Positions 32,088 to 42,522 of a stretch of DNA of 64,000 nucleotides are shown here, piece by piece. Made by a program: the position numbers and the translations under genes. The notes beneath the pieces are model-generated. The model saw only the letters and a program-made list of their open reading frames with translations. It searched no databases and was not told the origin of the DNA. Position 1 is the first letter of the stretch, and each line of letters opens with the position of its first letter. Source of the DNA: an uncultured Verrucomicrobiae bacterium (GTDB lineage Bacteria; Verrucomicrobiota; Verrucomicrobiia; Chthoniobacterales; UBA10450); contig CAWFGO010000003.1 in the NCBI GenBank assembly GCA_963815455.1, forward strand, positions 733,782 through 797,781, in the 5' to 3' direction.

Positions 32088-33287
32088 CTACAAACCCGTC
32101 ACGATCGACGCTTTTTTCGTCTTATCATCGACAGCAACGCTGAACGGTTCACCGTGTTCCGTCTCGTCGGTTATCTTGCGATCATACACGAGCGACCAGG
32201 TGCCGGCCGCGCCATTATATTCCGGCTTGGGGCGCTCGTAATTATTGAGGTCGTAGCCCGCCGCTCGCGCCGCCGTATCTGCCGCCCCGATCGCGTCCTC
32301 TTTTGTTAGTCGCGCGCCCGTTTCCGATGTCGATGCTGCTGCATCGGATGACGCCCGCAAAGAAGACGGCGGTTGCATCATCGCCCGAACCGAATCATCG
32401 ACTTCATTCTCTCCGGATTCGTCTGCCATTGCATTTTGAGCGTTGGGCGTCGTGGCGGGGACGTTTTCCTTTTCCGCTTTCCCTATTGGTTCCTTTGCCT
32501 CAGCCGCCTCTTTGTATCCAACGAGGCCTTTCGCCACCGGAGCTTCCCCCGTTGGATGTTGAGCATCGTCTGCTTGCGTCTCCATTGGGGGCGGCGCGTT
32601 TTCCTTTTCTTCCTTGGCCACGATCGGTCCCTCGGCGGGCGTCTCCGCCACCGGTTGTTGGACCCCCGCCACGGAGGCGGCCGGGGTGCTTTCCGTTATC
32701 TGCTTTTCGCGTCCAGTCTCCGAAACCTCCTGCCGCGCCGTAACGTTTGTCGATGCTTCTTCTACTTTTGCGCTTCCTGTTGTTGGGAGTGGCGGATTAG
32801 GCGCCGGAGATTCAGCGTGTTGCACTGTTCCCTCCGTCAACGTCCCTGCCTTTGCCGGTTCGGCATTCACCTTTTCGGTTTTGGCCACTCGCTGTCTCGC
32901 CGCTTCCAATCGCTTTGCCATCGCCTGCGCCGACGGCGCCCGGCCGCTTGTCCACCGGCTGCTCCGTTTGCCGGCAACGAAAATTGCGTGCGCAGTTTTT
33001 CCTTTCGAATGGACATTCACCGGTCCATCCAATTTGCCGCGAACCATGTTGCCGAAATAGCGCCCGTAAACGGCGGACTTGGCCGTGTACCAGGTCAGGG
33101 TTCCGAACCCCGACGCGTATCCATCCTCGTCGCGACCGCCGTCCCAGGCCGCAGACTCGCCCGGCTTAGGCGCGTCGTTCCAAACGATCGTCTTGTCGTC
33201 CTTAGTGCGTTGATAAGTTCCCTCGGCTACCGACGCGCCAACGAAAGCGAACACCGCCAAACAACAACAGAGAAAGCGTAGAATCAC
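32088..33287 (-). CDS. Secreted hypothetical protein (MORN-like N-terminus, low-complexity linker)
   Basis: Signal peptide, then YASGFGTLTWY...YFGNMVRGKLDG. Confidence 0.7.
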   Translation of the reverse strand: MILRFLCCCLAVFAFVGASVAEGTYQRTKDDKTIVWNDAPKPGESAAWDGGRDEDGYASGFGTLTWYTAKSAVYGRYFGNMVRGKLDGPVNVHSKGKTAHAIFVAGKRSSRWTSGRAPSAQAMAKRLEAARQRVAKTEKVNAEPAKAGTLTEGTVQHAESPAPNPPLPTTGSAKVEEASTNVTARQEVSETGREKQITESTPAASVAGVQQPVAETPAEGPIVAKEEKENAPPPMETQADDAQHPTGEAPVAKGLVGYKEAAEAKEPIGKAEKENVPATTPNAQNAMADESGENEVDDSVRAMMQPPSSLRASSDAAASTSETGARLTKEDAIGAADTAARAAGYDLNNYERPKPEYNGAAGTWSLVYDRKITDETEHGEPFSVAVDDKTKKASIVTGL

Positions 33288-33388
33288 AGCAGGAGTTTCT
33301 GAATACCCATTACAACCAAACGTGAAGAGAATGTTAATCCACACTCACCTTCGAGCAAGAGCCACCAGGTATATCGCCGTGCCTTTTC

Positions 33389-34045
33389 CTAAGGACTGGC
33401 CGGCCGCGGCGGCGCGGGTGGCCGGAACCGCGGCCGTCTACGGCGTTGCTGCTGCTGTCGCGGCCGTTGCGGTGGCGAATCCTGGGTCTTTATTTCGAAC
33501 GTTCGGAAGAGCCCGGCGAGATCGATGACCTCGTTCGCCGACGATCGCAATATCTGCCCCAGATTTTGCGTCACCGACGCCACTTCCACCCGGATCCCGT
33601 GTCGCCGCAACTTAATGGCCAGATAAGCGAAATCGGCGTCGCCCGTCACGAGAATCACCACCTCGGGCCGCATCTCCAGGGAAAGCTCGAGCGCGTCGAT
33701 CGCCATCATCACATCCACGTTCGCCTTGTAATGGCCTTCATCGGCGGGCGATCCATCCTTGGTCACGACCATGAATCCGTTGGCCCGAAGCCACTGCACA
33801 AACTTATTCTTTTTGTCTCGCTCCTCCTGCCAGACTGGCATGGCCGGAGGCAGCCCGGCATAAACTACCATCTCGATCAGATCGCGTCCGGTACTTGGGC
33901 CGGCCAAAAAATCACGCAGCTTCAACCAATCCAGGCCGCGTCCCGCGGTTCGCACGGAGCTGCCCACATTCGATTCGTCTACCAGGACCAACAATCTAGG
34001 TTTCGCCGCGCCGTCGTGGGTTTTCTTTCGCATGTCGCGCGTCAT
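33389..34045 (-). CDS. NYN domain (LabA/DUF88) protein
   Basis: LVDESN, KANVDVMMAID and TGDADF motifs. Confidence 0.9.
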   Translation of the reverse strand: MTRDMRKKTHDGAAKPRLLVLVDESNVGSSVRTAGRGLDWLKLRDFLAGPSTGRDLIEMVVYAGLPPAMPVWQEERDKKNKFVQWLRANGFMVVTKDGSPADEGHYKANVDVMMAIDALELSLEMRPEVVILVTGDADFAYLAIKLRRHGIRVEVASVTQNLGQILRSSANEVIDLAGLFRTFEIKTQDSPPQRPRQQQQRRRRPRFRPPAPPRPASP

Positions 34046-34162
34046 GTTCGGGGTCGCGAACGCATTTGTCGATCTTGTTGTGGCCGGGGTCGCGCGGTGC
34101 GGTCCGAATGTTTTCTGGTTTCCTAACTCGTCCCTTATCCGCATACTTCTACTTTCGTTCGC

Positions 34163-35035
34163 ATGCCGAAACCAGTTTCAATCCGGGCCGGACAGATCGA
34201 GTTCGTTAAACTCAACACTCAGCGCTTCGATTGGCGCGATGCTTATCAATGGCTGCTCGGATTGAGCTGGCCGCGTTTCATCGGCTTTGTCGCTCTCGTT
34301 TACATCGCCCTCAATTTCCTCTTCGCTTTGCTTTACATGGTCGGCAAGGACAGCATCGCCGGCATGCCGTCCGGTTCGTTTCTCGATTCGTTCTTCTTCA
34401 GCGTTCAAACGCTGGCCACGGTCGGCTACGGCCATCTCTATCCGCAAACCCTCTACGGTCACATCGTCACAACAGTCGAGATCATGAGCGGGATGTTCCT
34501 GCTCGCTGTCATGACCGGGCTCATATTCGTGCGTTTTTCGCGGCCGTCCGCTCGGATTCTCTTCAGCCGATCGGCCGTGATCGGGCCGTTGAACGGGAAG
34601 CCCACGCTCATGGTGCGCATCGGTAATTTGCGTCAACACAGCATGGTCGAAGCCGAATTTCGCATCACATTTCATCGGGACGAGCCATTGGTGGAAGGCG
34701 GTGATTTCCGTCACTTCTACAATCTCAAACTTCATTTCGACCGGCTGGCCGCGTTTCCCGCCGCGCTCACTTTGCGGCACGTCATCGACGAACACAGCCC
34801 TCTTCATGGCGCGACCCCGGAATCGCTGGAAACGAGTCGCGCCCTACTTGTCGCATCGGTCGTAGGGATTGACCCCGTCATACCCGCAGCCGTGCAAACT
34901 CAAAAGGATTACCTCGCCAGCGATATTTGTTTCGGCGAACGTTTCGTCGAAATCTACACCGACCACGGCGGCGGCAAGCTCACCGTCGATTACGGCCGCT
35001 TGCACGATACCGAGCCAGCGACGCCGACTGGATAG
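34163..35035 (+). CDS. Inward-rectifier potassium channel (KirBac-like)
   Basis: FFFSVQTLATVGYG selectivity filter, RFSRP and HVIDEHSPL. Confidence 0.93.
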   Translation: MPKPVSIRAGQIEFVKLNTQRFDWRDAYQWLLGLSWPRFIGFVALVYIALNFLFALLYMVGKDSIAGMPSGSFLDSFFFSVQTLATVGYGHLYPQTLYGHIVTTVEIMSGMFLLAVMTGLIFVRFSRPSARILFSRSAVIGPLNGKPTLMVRIGNLRQHSMVEAEFRITFHRDEPLVEGGDFRHFYNLKLHFDRLAAFPAALTLRHVIDEHSPLHGATPESLETSRALLVASVVGIDPVIPAAVQTQKDYLASDICFGERFVEIYTDHGGGKLTVDYGRLHDTEPATPTG

Positions 35036-35074
35036 ACATCGACGGGTGCGAGCCCCGAGACTTTGTCGATCTCC

Positions 35075-36455
35075 TCAAGTCGCCGCCGCGCCGCCGGGAA
35101 CGAGATGCTCGAGCCCTTCGAACTTGAGTTTCTTTCGCAGCTCCCGACGGAGCAACAGCAGATTAATGATTGCCTGAAGCACCTGGGACCCGACCGACAG
35201 ATACCAGACATGCCTGATTTCAAATCCGGGTGTACGCGCGATGATTAACGCGGGAACAATGAATAGGGCCAGTCGCGTCAAGGAACTGAAAAGCGGCGGC
35301 CAGGTATTGCCGAGTCCTTGAAAAATGCTGGAGCTGACGAAGACAATTCCCGAGGCTATGAAATTGAACGCGACAATTTTCATGATAATCGACGCCGAAA
35401 TCGATCACGTGCGGGTCCTTGGAGAACAAACCGATCATCGGCGCGGGCGCAAAATGCGCCAGCAAGGCGAGAACAAGCATCATCGCCGTGGCGACTCCAA
35501 GCGCGGAATAGATCGTCTGTCGCACCCGATCGGCGTGGCGCCCGCCGAAGTTTTGTCCGACCACCGGTGAAACGGCAAAAGCCAGCGCCACAACCGGAAG
35601 GAAAAGCGCCTGCATCACGCGAGCCCCCACTCCAAACCCGGCCTGTGCTGCCGGGCCGAACCCACGGATGATTCCGTAAACGATCACGATGTAAAAGAAA
35701 AGCAGCACGAACTCCGCCCCTGCCGGCACCCCGATACGCAGCATTCCGCTCCAAATCTTCGTTTGCGGTCGGAACAGAGCAAAACGAAAACGCAGGTAAT
35801 GAAATTTCTTTTCGAAATAAATCACCATCAGGATATCCGCGATCAGGATGGAAATGAAACTGGCCAGGGCTGCGCCCGTGACCCCGAGTCTCGGAAATCC
35901 GATCCATCCGAAAATTAACAGAGGCGCCAGCACGATATTGAGCAGCACACTGAGCACCTGGAGGCCAACGGTTGGCTTGATGATTCCGGTTGCGCGCAAC
36001 GCCGATCCCAGCGCGACCAGTGGAAACTGAAGTAGCATCGCGGGCAGAAACCAAAGCATGTATTTCTTGGCCAGGCCGGCCGTGATCGCGTCGGCACTTA
36101 GCGAATTGCAGTACACATTCATTAACGAGAACCCGACAATCGCCAGGCCCGCTGCGACCAGCATCGACATCACGAAGGATTGATTGAACACCAGCTCGGC
36201 GCGCTGCTGATCCTTCCGACCCGCGGCATGCGAAATCAATGTGGTCGTTCCCACACCCAGCATTTGGGTCAGGGCCAGCACGATCATCGTCAGGTTCCCG
36301 GCTACACCCACCGCGGCAATCGCTTCCTTGCCGAGATGTCCGACCCAATAAAGATCGGCCAGAAGATAAAGCGTTTGCACCATCATGCTCACCGCCATAA
36401 ACGCCGACATGTGCAGCAAATGCCTGGTTACCGATCCTTGGGTCAGATCTTTCAC
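35075..36455 (-). CDS. MATE family efflux transporter; frameshift near 35384
   Basis: DLTQGSV, ADLYWVGHLG, LGVTGAALA and VGQNFG; the C-terminus lies in ORF 35075-35383. Confidence 0.9.
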
Positions 36456-36610
36456 AGAATGTGCGGAGTCTGTGCTGTCGGTCTCAACTGTTCAACGCCA
36501 AACGGCGACGCGAAATCCCCAATTTCTTGAGGAGCAAGGGGCCGGCAGCCTCCTCGACAAGATCGACAGGCAACCGCAGGCGAGGCCCGCCGGAATTACC
36601 AACTCGGCGC

Positions 36611-37507
36611 TTAGCGCAAACCGAGCGCTTCGAGCGTATCGTCCGTCAAATATCCAGTCGAACGCAGGCCCTTATCGCTTTGATAGCGCAAGATGGCGCG
36701 CCGCGTTTCTGGCCCGAAGACTCCGTCGATTTCTCCGCGGTAATATCCTTCGCTCGCCAGTCGCTCCTGGGCCGCTGCCACCGGGGAGTCCGCGTTCTGA
36801 TCGGAAGAATCGTAAACATTCTTGCCGCCGTAAGTGACGTCACCGCCTTCGTAATCGCCGTAATCGTAGACGTACGGATCCGGCTCATAGTAATCGTATG
36901 CGTAGTAACTGTACGGATAACCGTACCACGGGATGAACCCGAGATCGAAGATGTACCAATAACCGTTCACGAACCGGCAACGGTGACCGTGCCACCAATG
37001 GTCGTGGTGACGATCCCAATGACGATTCCAATTGGCCGAGCGCCGCGCGAAAACATGCTTGTTTGCGCCAGTAATTCCGCGACTTCCTCTCCCAAGTGAA
37101 CCGGTCCGATTGTTGTTGCGGCTGGCTCCGAGGTTTCGACCACGATGGTTCCCAGATCGCACAAAATTATTTCTGTGACTGAGCGTACCCTGCGCAAATC
37201 GGCGCTGACTATACGACCCGGCTTTGCTCGACCGAATGGAGTACGGGCCAAGCGCGCTCTGCATCGAACGGGTCCTATAGGATGAAAAGCGTTGCGACGG
37301 GGCGATCATTCGTCGACCGCTAAAGTGATTGCCTCCCAACCCGGAACGAAACCCCAAATTGCCAGTGCCCCGCCCAACTGCTGGCGCGGGCGCAAATGAG
37401 GATGCCGCTTGTGACCCACCGTTTCCACGATGGCCCTTGGCGTTGGCCGAAATAGACAAAACCGCGCCGACGATCACTGCGAGCAAGACGACTTTGTAAG
37501 TTTTCAT
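36611..37507 (-). CDS. Secreted protein with C-terminal peptidoglycan-binding domain
   Basis: Signal peptide; AQERLASEGYYRGEIDGVFGPETRRAILRYQ (PG_binding_1 pattern). Confidence 0.85.
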   Translation of the reverse strand: MKTYKVVLLAVIVGAVLSISANAKGHRGNGGSQAASSFAPAPAVGRGTGNLGFRSGLGGNHFSGRRMIAPSQRFSSYRTRSMQSALGPYSIRSSKAGSYSQRRFAQGTLSHRNNFVRSGNHRGRNLGASRNNNRTGSLGRGSRGITGANKHVFARRSANWNRHWDRHHDHWWHGHRCRFVNGYWYIFDLGFIPWYGYPYSYYAYDYYEPDPYVYDYGDYEGGDVTYGGKNVYDSSDQNADSPVAAAQERLASEGYYRGEIDGVFGPETRRAILRYQSDKGLRSTGYLTDDTLEALGLR

Positions 37508-37623
37508 AATCTCAACTCCTGTTAAATTAGACAGGTCCACTGATTGAACCATTCAATCAATCTGGTGTTGCGGTGAGTTATTTCCCGCCCCGTCCATCAC
37601 GCGAAGTTGCCCCCCGGCAGGCG

Positions 37624-37731
37624 TCACTTCGTCCCCTTCTTCCCCTTTGCCTTCGCCGCCGCGAGGCGCTCCGTCTTTTTGCGGCGGGACGCGCGTTTCC
37701 TAACATTGTCTCTGCCTTTGCTGTTTCCCAT
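37624..37731 (-). CDS. Small basic protein, 35 aa (MGNSKGRDNVRKRASRRKKTERLAAAKAKGKKGTK)
   Basis: Below the ORF-track cutoff. ATG is preceded by GAGG, and the ORF fills the gap between two co-oriented genes. Confidence 0.6.
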   Translation of the reverse strand: MGNSKGRDNVRKRASRRKKTERLAAAKAKGKKGTK

Positions 37732-37839
37732 AAGACCTCAACACTCACACTTCCCGGGCCGGTTCCAAGCCGTTTCGCCGACTCGCGCGAAAAAAGTCGG
37801 GAATGCTTTCAGAGCCGCAATGGGCAAATCTCTCCGGAT

Positions 37840-38676
37840 TTAGTGCGCCTCACCGGCGGTTTCAGGCTGCTCGGAAGGCTTCCCTGCGGTCGCTACTCCC
37901 GGTTCGTCCACCCGAACAATTCGCAGCGCGCGCCCGGTTTTTTCGTCGATCTCGACCAGGGCGCCGCGCAAACGCACTTCACCGGTCGCGACCGGAAACG
38001 GAATCGGCATGTTCGAAACGAACCGGCTCATGATCGGCTCGATCGCGCGCCCCAGAATCGAATTTACCGGGCCGCACATCCCGGCATCGCACAGAAACGC
38101 GGTGCCGCCTGGGAAAATCTGTTCGTCGGCCGTTTGCACGTGGGTGTGCGTCCCGATGACGGCCGAAACTTTTCCATCGAGAAACCGGCCCAGCGCAATT
38201 TTCTCGCTCGTGGTCTCGCCGTGAACATCGACAACGATCGTCGCCGTTTCCTCGCGCACTTTTGCCACCGCCGCTTCCACCGCATGAAACGGATTTTCCA
38301 GGATCGGTTGCATGAACGTGCGGGCCTGCACATCAATCACGCCCACTTTGCCCTTGGCCGTGTCCAGCACGATCGATCCATTCCCTGGCGCGCCCAGGGG
38401 ATAATTCACCGGCCGGAGAAGGCGCGGCTCGGTATCGATGAAAGTAACAATGTCCTTTTGGTCCCAAATATGGTCGCCGGTGGTGATAACGGAAACGCCC
38501 GCGCGCAAGAGTTCGATGGTGATTTTTCCTGTGATCCCGCGGCCGCCGGCCGCGTTCTCCCCATTCACGATGATGAAATCGACGGAAAATTGCTCTTTCA
38601 ATTCCGGTAACCGCGCCATGACCGCGCTGCGCCCCACTTCACCAACGATATCGCCGAGAAAAAGAATCGTTAGCAT
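37840..38676 (-). CDS. YmdB-like metallophosphoesterase (TIGR00282 family)
   Basis: GDIVG, NGENAAGG, HGETTSEK and GTHTHVQTAD motifs. Confidence 0.93.
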   Translation of the reverse strand: MLTILFLGDIVGEVGRSAVMARLPELKEQFSVDFIIVNGENAAGGRGITGKITIELLRAGVSVITTGDHIWDQKDIVTFIDTEPRLLRPVNYPLGAPGNGSIVLDTAKGKVGVIDVQARTFMQPILENPFHAVEAAVAKVREETATIVVDVHGETTSEKIALGRFLDGKVSAVIGTHTHVQTADEQIFPGGTAFLCDAGMCGPVNSILGRAIEPIMSRFVSNMPIPFPVATGEVRLRGALVEIDEKTGRALRIVRVDEPGVATAGKPSEQPETAGEAH

Positions 38677-38738
38677 TGAACGGGATCGTATTTGAGAGGT
38701 TCCAAACGTCGATGCTAAAAAATGAAAAGGACGAAGGA

Positions 38739-40064
38739 ATGACAAATAACAAAGCCCGACGCCCAACCTTTCGTCATTCGAGCTTCGTCATTCTTTCGTC
38801 ATTCGTCATTTGGGCTTCGTCATTCATCCTGTTGCTCTACCCGCTCAGCCTGCGCGCGGCAGACGACCTCGGTGTTCTCGGCTCGCACCCGCGATGGACC
38901 GTGCTCGAGCATTATCAGGAAACGATCACACACGATGAGTTCGCTCATCTCCTCCACGATGTTTATTGCACCCACGGTTTCGCCGATGATCTATTTAGGA
39001 TCGACAACGATTCGGTGCGGATATTGAAGAACCGCGAAGCCCAGACCTTTTTCACGCTGCGCTTCGCCAAAGATGATGCGTCCCGGGAACCGATCCCTCG
39101 TCTTTGGCATCCGGCAAAGTCGCTGCCGCCGGCTAGCGATGAAAAACCTCTTACGGGACTTCGCATCGCGCTCGATCCCGGGCATCTCGGCGGAAAATGG
39201 GCGAAAATGGAAGAGCGCTGGTTTCAGGTCGGTGACAGCAAACCAGTCACGGAAGGCGATCTCACTTTGCGCGTGGCCAAATTGCTGGCCCCGCGATTGC
39301 GCAAGCTCGGCGCCAAAGTTTCTTTTGTCCGCGATGACGCCGAACCGGTGACGGTGAAACGTCCCTCCGATTTCAAAACGCTGGCCAAAAAAATTCTGAT
39401 CAAAAACGGGGTGCCATCGCCGCGCCCGGAAGTTCTCGACTCGAACGATCCAATGAAAGAACAAACGGTGCGCTGGCAAAGCGAGATGTTGTTTTACCGC
39501 TACAGCGAGATTCGGCGCCGAGCCGTGCTGGTGAACACGAAACTGCACCCTGACCTGGTGCTGTGTTTGCATTTCAACGCCGAAGGCTGGGGCGAGCCAA
39601 CCAATCCGATGTTGATCGACAACAACCATCTTCATCTGCTGGTGAACGGTTCGTATTTGAAAGACGAGCTCGAACTGGATGACGAACGATTTGAGATGAT
39701 CCGGCGCCTGCTCAGCCGCGCTTACAACGAGGAATTGCCGGTTGCCGATTCTGTTGCTGCAGCAATGGCCAAAGAAACCAAACTGCCGGCCTATCAATAT
39801 CCCACCACGCTGACCACGACCAAGGTTGGATCGAGCGGATACGTTTACGCGCGCAATCTGCTGGCCACGCGGATTTATCGTGTACCGGTCGTTTACTGCG
39901 AGCCTTACGTCATGAATAGCAAGGACGGCTTCGCTCGAATCCAGGCCGGCGATTATGAGGGCACGCGCAACGTTGATGGCATCGATCGCAAAAGCATTTT
40001 CCGCGAATACGCCGATGGCGTGGCCGAAGGTCTGGCAAATTATTATCGCATTGCGCGAAAGTAA
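38739..40064 (+). CDS. N-acetylmuramoyl-L-alanine amidase-like protein (start uncertain)
   Basis: IALDPGH.GG, E..L.L.VA, LCLHFNA and VYCEP (Amidase_3 pattern). Confidence 0.8.
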   Translation: MTNNKARRPTFRHSSFVILSSFVIWASSFILLLYPLSLRAADDLGVLGSHPRWTVLEHYQETITHDEFAHLLHDVYCTHGFADDLFRIDNDSVRILKNREAQTFFTLRFAKDDASREPIPRLWHPAKSLPPASDEKPLTGLRIALDPGHLGGKWAKMEERWFQVGDSKPVTEGDLTLRVAKLLAPRLRKLGAKVSFVRDDAEPVTVKRPSDFKTLAKKILIKNGVPSPRPEVLDSNDPMKEQTVRWQSEMLFYRYSEIRRRAVLVNTKLHPDLVLCLHFNAEGWGEPTNPMLIDNNHLHLLVNGSYLKDELELDDERFEMIRRLLSRAYNEELPVADSVAAAMAKETKLPAYQYPTTLTTTKVGSSGYVYARNLLATRIYRVPVVYCEPYVMNSKDGFARIQAGDYEGTRNVDGIDRKSIFREYADGVAEGLANYYRIARK

Positions 40065-40133
40065 TCTCTCTGTAGCGGCGCTCTCTGACCGTCGCATTAT
40101 TTCCAGAGAAACGTTAGCGACGGAGCGCCGTGG

Positions 40134-41207
40134 CTACAACTGCTCAACCGCTTCGCGAATATCGTCGAGCGTTACATCGTTCGACAAACGCGCCGAACCA
40201 ATCTTTGGCGTCACGACGAAACGAACCTTCCCGCTTTCGAACTTCTTATCGAGCGGCACCGCTTCAAAAATCTTCTCGCGCGGAAAATCTGGCGGCAATT
40301 GCGTCGGCAAGTCAAACGCGCGCAGAAGATCGACAATTGCAACTCGCTCGATTTTCGGCAGGCCAGCCTTCTTCATTGATATCGCAGAGGCTGCGACGAT
40401 TCCGAGAGCAATCGCTTCGCCATGTAAAAAAGTTTTGTAATCGCCCGCACTTTCGATCGCGTGCCCGACCGTGTGACCAAAATTCAACAGCGCCCGCTCA
40501 CCGGTGCGATCCAGTTCATCTTTCGCAATAATGCGCGCTTTAATCTCAATGTTGCGCCGGATCAACGGCTGCAGGCCTCGTGGTGTCGCTCCCTTCCAAC
40601 TCTTAAATTCCGCCAGCATCTCTCCATCTGCGATGATTCCGTGCTTAATAATCTCGGCAAAGCCCTGATTGAATTCGCGTCGCGGGAGCGTCTTCAGAAG
40701 ATCGACATCGTCGATCACCAGCACGGGATGATGCACCGCGCCGATCAAGTTTTTCCCGGCCCGGGCGTTTACCCCGGTCTTGCCGCCGATGGAGCTGTCC
40801 ACCATCGCCAGCAACGTGGTCGGGACTTGCACGTGCGGGATCCCCCGCTGGAAAATCGCCGCCACAAATCCCGAAAGATCGCCAACGACTCCCCCACCCA
40901 GCCCGACGACGAACGATTGTCGATCCAATTGTGCCGCGATCATCTCATCGCAAATCGCCCCGGCTTGCTCGAGTGTTTTCGACTGTTCGCCCGCCCGAAT
41001 CGTAATCAGTGTGGGCTCAAACCCGGCCGAGATCAGACTCTGTTTGATTCGTTCGCCGAAAAGTGGAGGAACGCCTGTGTCAGTGACGATGACACATCGC
41101 GGGCCGGAAAGGATTTTGGCGATTGCCGATCCTGCGGTGTCGAGCAACTGCGACCCGACCACCGCTTCGTAGCGATTCTCACCGGCGCGGATTTCGATCC
41201 CGGTCAC
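40134..41207 (-). CDS. aroB: 3-dehydroquinate synthase
   Basis: GGGVVGD, PTTLLAMVDSSIGGKTG and LNFGHT; the GTG start overlaps the upstream TGA. Confidence 0.96.
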   Translation of the reverse strand: MTGIEIRAGENRYEAVVGSQLLDTAGSAIAKILSGPRCVIVTDTGVPPLFGERIKQSLISAGFEPTLITIRAGEQSKTLEQAGAICDEMIAAQLDRQSFVVGLGGGVVGDLSGFVAAIFQRGIPHVQVPTTLLAMVDSSIGGKTGVNARAGKNLIGAVHHPVLVIDDVDLLKTLPRREFNQGFAEIIKHGIIADGEMLAEFKSWKGATPRGLQPLIRRNIEIKARIIAKDELDRTGERALLNFGHTVGHAIESAGDYKTFLHGEAIALGIVAASAISMKKAGLPKIERVAIVDLLRAFDLPTQLPPDFPREKIFEAVPLDKKFESGKVRFVVTPKIGSARLSNDVTLDDIREAVEQL

Positions 41208-41872
41208 GGGCAAGTGGCTGTCGGATTCCAACGCTGATTGGCGCAAGGATCGCCGGGCGGATGGGCCGTTGCATTCTTAAACTTTGCCCAATCCATGTTC
41301 TCCACATGGAGGTCGCCCATGCAGGCGTCAATGCGCCGGCGTTTGTTATGCGTTCCGCCCTGGGCGGTTCCCTGCGAACCGCCACCCTTATCGATCGTAA
41401 CCGACGCCGCCGCCGTCCCGGTAAAACTGACAGAAGCGCCGCTGCCCTGCGCCGGCGCGAAAAGGATGAACATGCTCGGGTTGGTGATCTGATCCGACAA
41501 CAAAGGAGAGGCGCCGTTTCGGGCGTTGAGGTTAAACCCATAACTCACCGGCGCGGTCGTGTCGGCCTCCGATGGGGAACGTTTATCGAAAGGCGACTGG
41601 AGAGCTTTCCAGCTCGGAAGATATTTTGGGTGAATCGATTTCGTCCACGGTTCCGGTCCGCCAATGGGCAGGAAAAACGCGCCGTCGTTATCGTTTAGAT
41701 ACGTCTGAGTCGCCAGGCCGATCTGGCGAAGATTGTTCATGTCCTGCACAACCTTCCCGCGTTCCTGCATTCCGCTTACCGCCGGAAAAATCAGGCCGAT
41801 GAGCGCCGCGATGATCGCCATGACCACGAGCATCTCGATCAAAGTAAAACCGGACAGACGTTTTGGTGCCAT
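41204..41872 (-). CDS. Prepilin-type N-terminal cleavage/methylation protein with H-X9-DG-like C-terminus
   Basis: SG|FTLIEMLVVMAII, NNLRQIG, SYGFN and THNKRRRIDACMGDLHVE. Confidence 0.88.
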   Translation of the reverse strand: MAPKRLSGFTLIEMLVVMAIIAALIGLIFPAVSGMQERGKVVQDMNNLRQIGLATQTYLNDNDGAFFLPIGGPEPWTKSIHPKYLPSWKALQSPFDKRSPSEADTTAPVSYGFNLNARNGASPLLSDQITNPSMFILFAPAQGSGASVSFTGTAAASVTIDKGGGSQGTAQGGTHNKRRRIDACMGDLHVENMDWAKFKNATAHPPGDPCANQRWNPTATCP

Positions 41873-41979
41873 GGGTCGCGATGCACGGTAATGATTTTGC
41901 CCGGGCATGAAAGCGAAAATCGATCCGACCCGGCGAAGTTCGCTTGACAAAACAGCATCGGAATTTGTGTATGTAAGTC

Positions 41980-42411
41980 ATGCCTGAGTCCGACTCGACC
42001 CCGCCACCGCCTCCTCCGCCGCCGCCCAGCCCGAGCAGCGATCCTTCATCGATGGATCTGCCGCCCAACGTGGCTGCGGCGCTGGCCTGCGTTCCGCTGA
42101 TCGGAGGAATTATCTTTTACGTTCTGGAGAAGCGAAACGATTTCGTGCGCTTTTACGCCATGCAATCGATCATCTTTGGCGGAGCCTGGGTCGTATTCGT
42201 AATTGTCTACAACATTGCCAGCGCCATTCTAACGCCGATCCCGGCCATCGGTCTGATCTTTCAGATTCTACTGGGGATAATCTGGGCCCTTATCGGTATC
42301 GCTTTTCTGGTGATCTTTATCATCACCATGGTGAAAGCGTTCACCGGCGTCCGCTGGGAAATTCCGTATATCGGGCCGATGGCCCGCAAGCAGGTGGGCC
42401 AAGCAGTCTGA
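41980..42411 (+). CDS. DUF4870-like membrane protein
   Basis: FVRFYAMQSI and W.IPYIG motifs; three TM segments. Confidence 0.8.
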   Translation: MPESDSTPPPPPPPPPSPSSDPSSMDLPPNVAAALACVPLIGGIIFYVLEKRNDFVRFYAMQSIIFGGAWVVFVIVYNIASAILTPIPAIGLIFQILLGIIWALIGIAFLVIFIITMVKAFTGVRWEIPYIGPMARKQVGQAV

Positions 42412-42415
42412 GGCC

Positions 42416-42522
42416 CCGTCATTTCGAACGGAGGAACAGCCTGCCCGCCGCGGCGCGAGGAATCCCGTTGCGTTGCCTTGTACTTTTGCGACGGGATCCT
42501 GCGACTTCGCTCAGGATGACGG
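42416..42522. repeat. Palindromic 'GTCAT...ATGAC' intergenic element
   Basis: CCGTCATTTCGAACGGAG...GGAATCCCG...CGGGATCC...CTCAGGATGACGG; related copies at 63583-63663 and 50759-50807. Confidence 0.7.
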
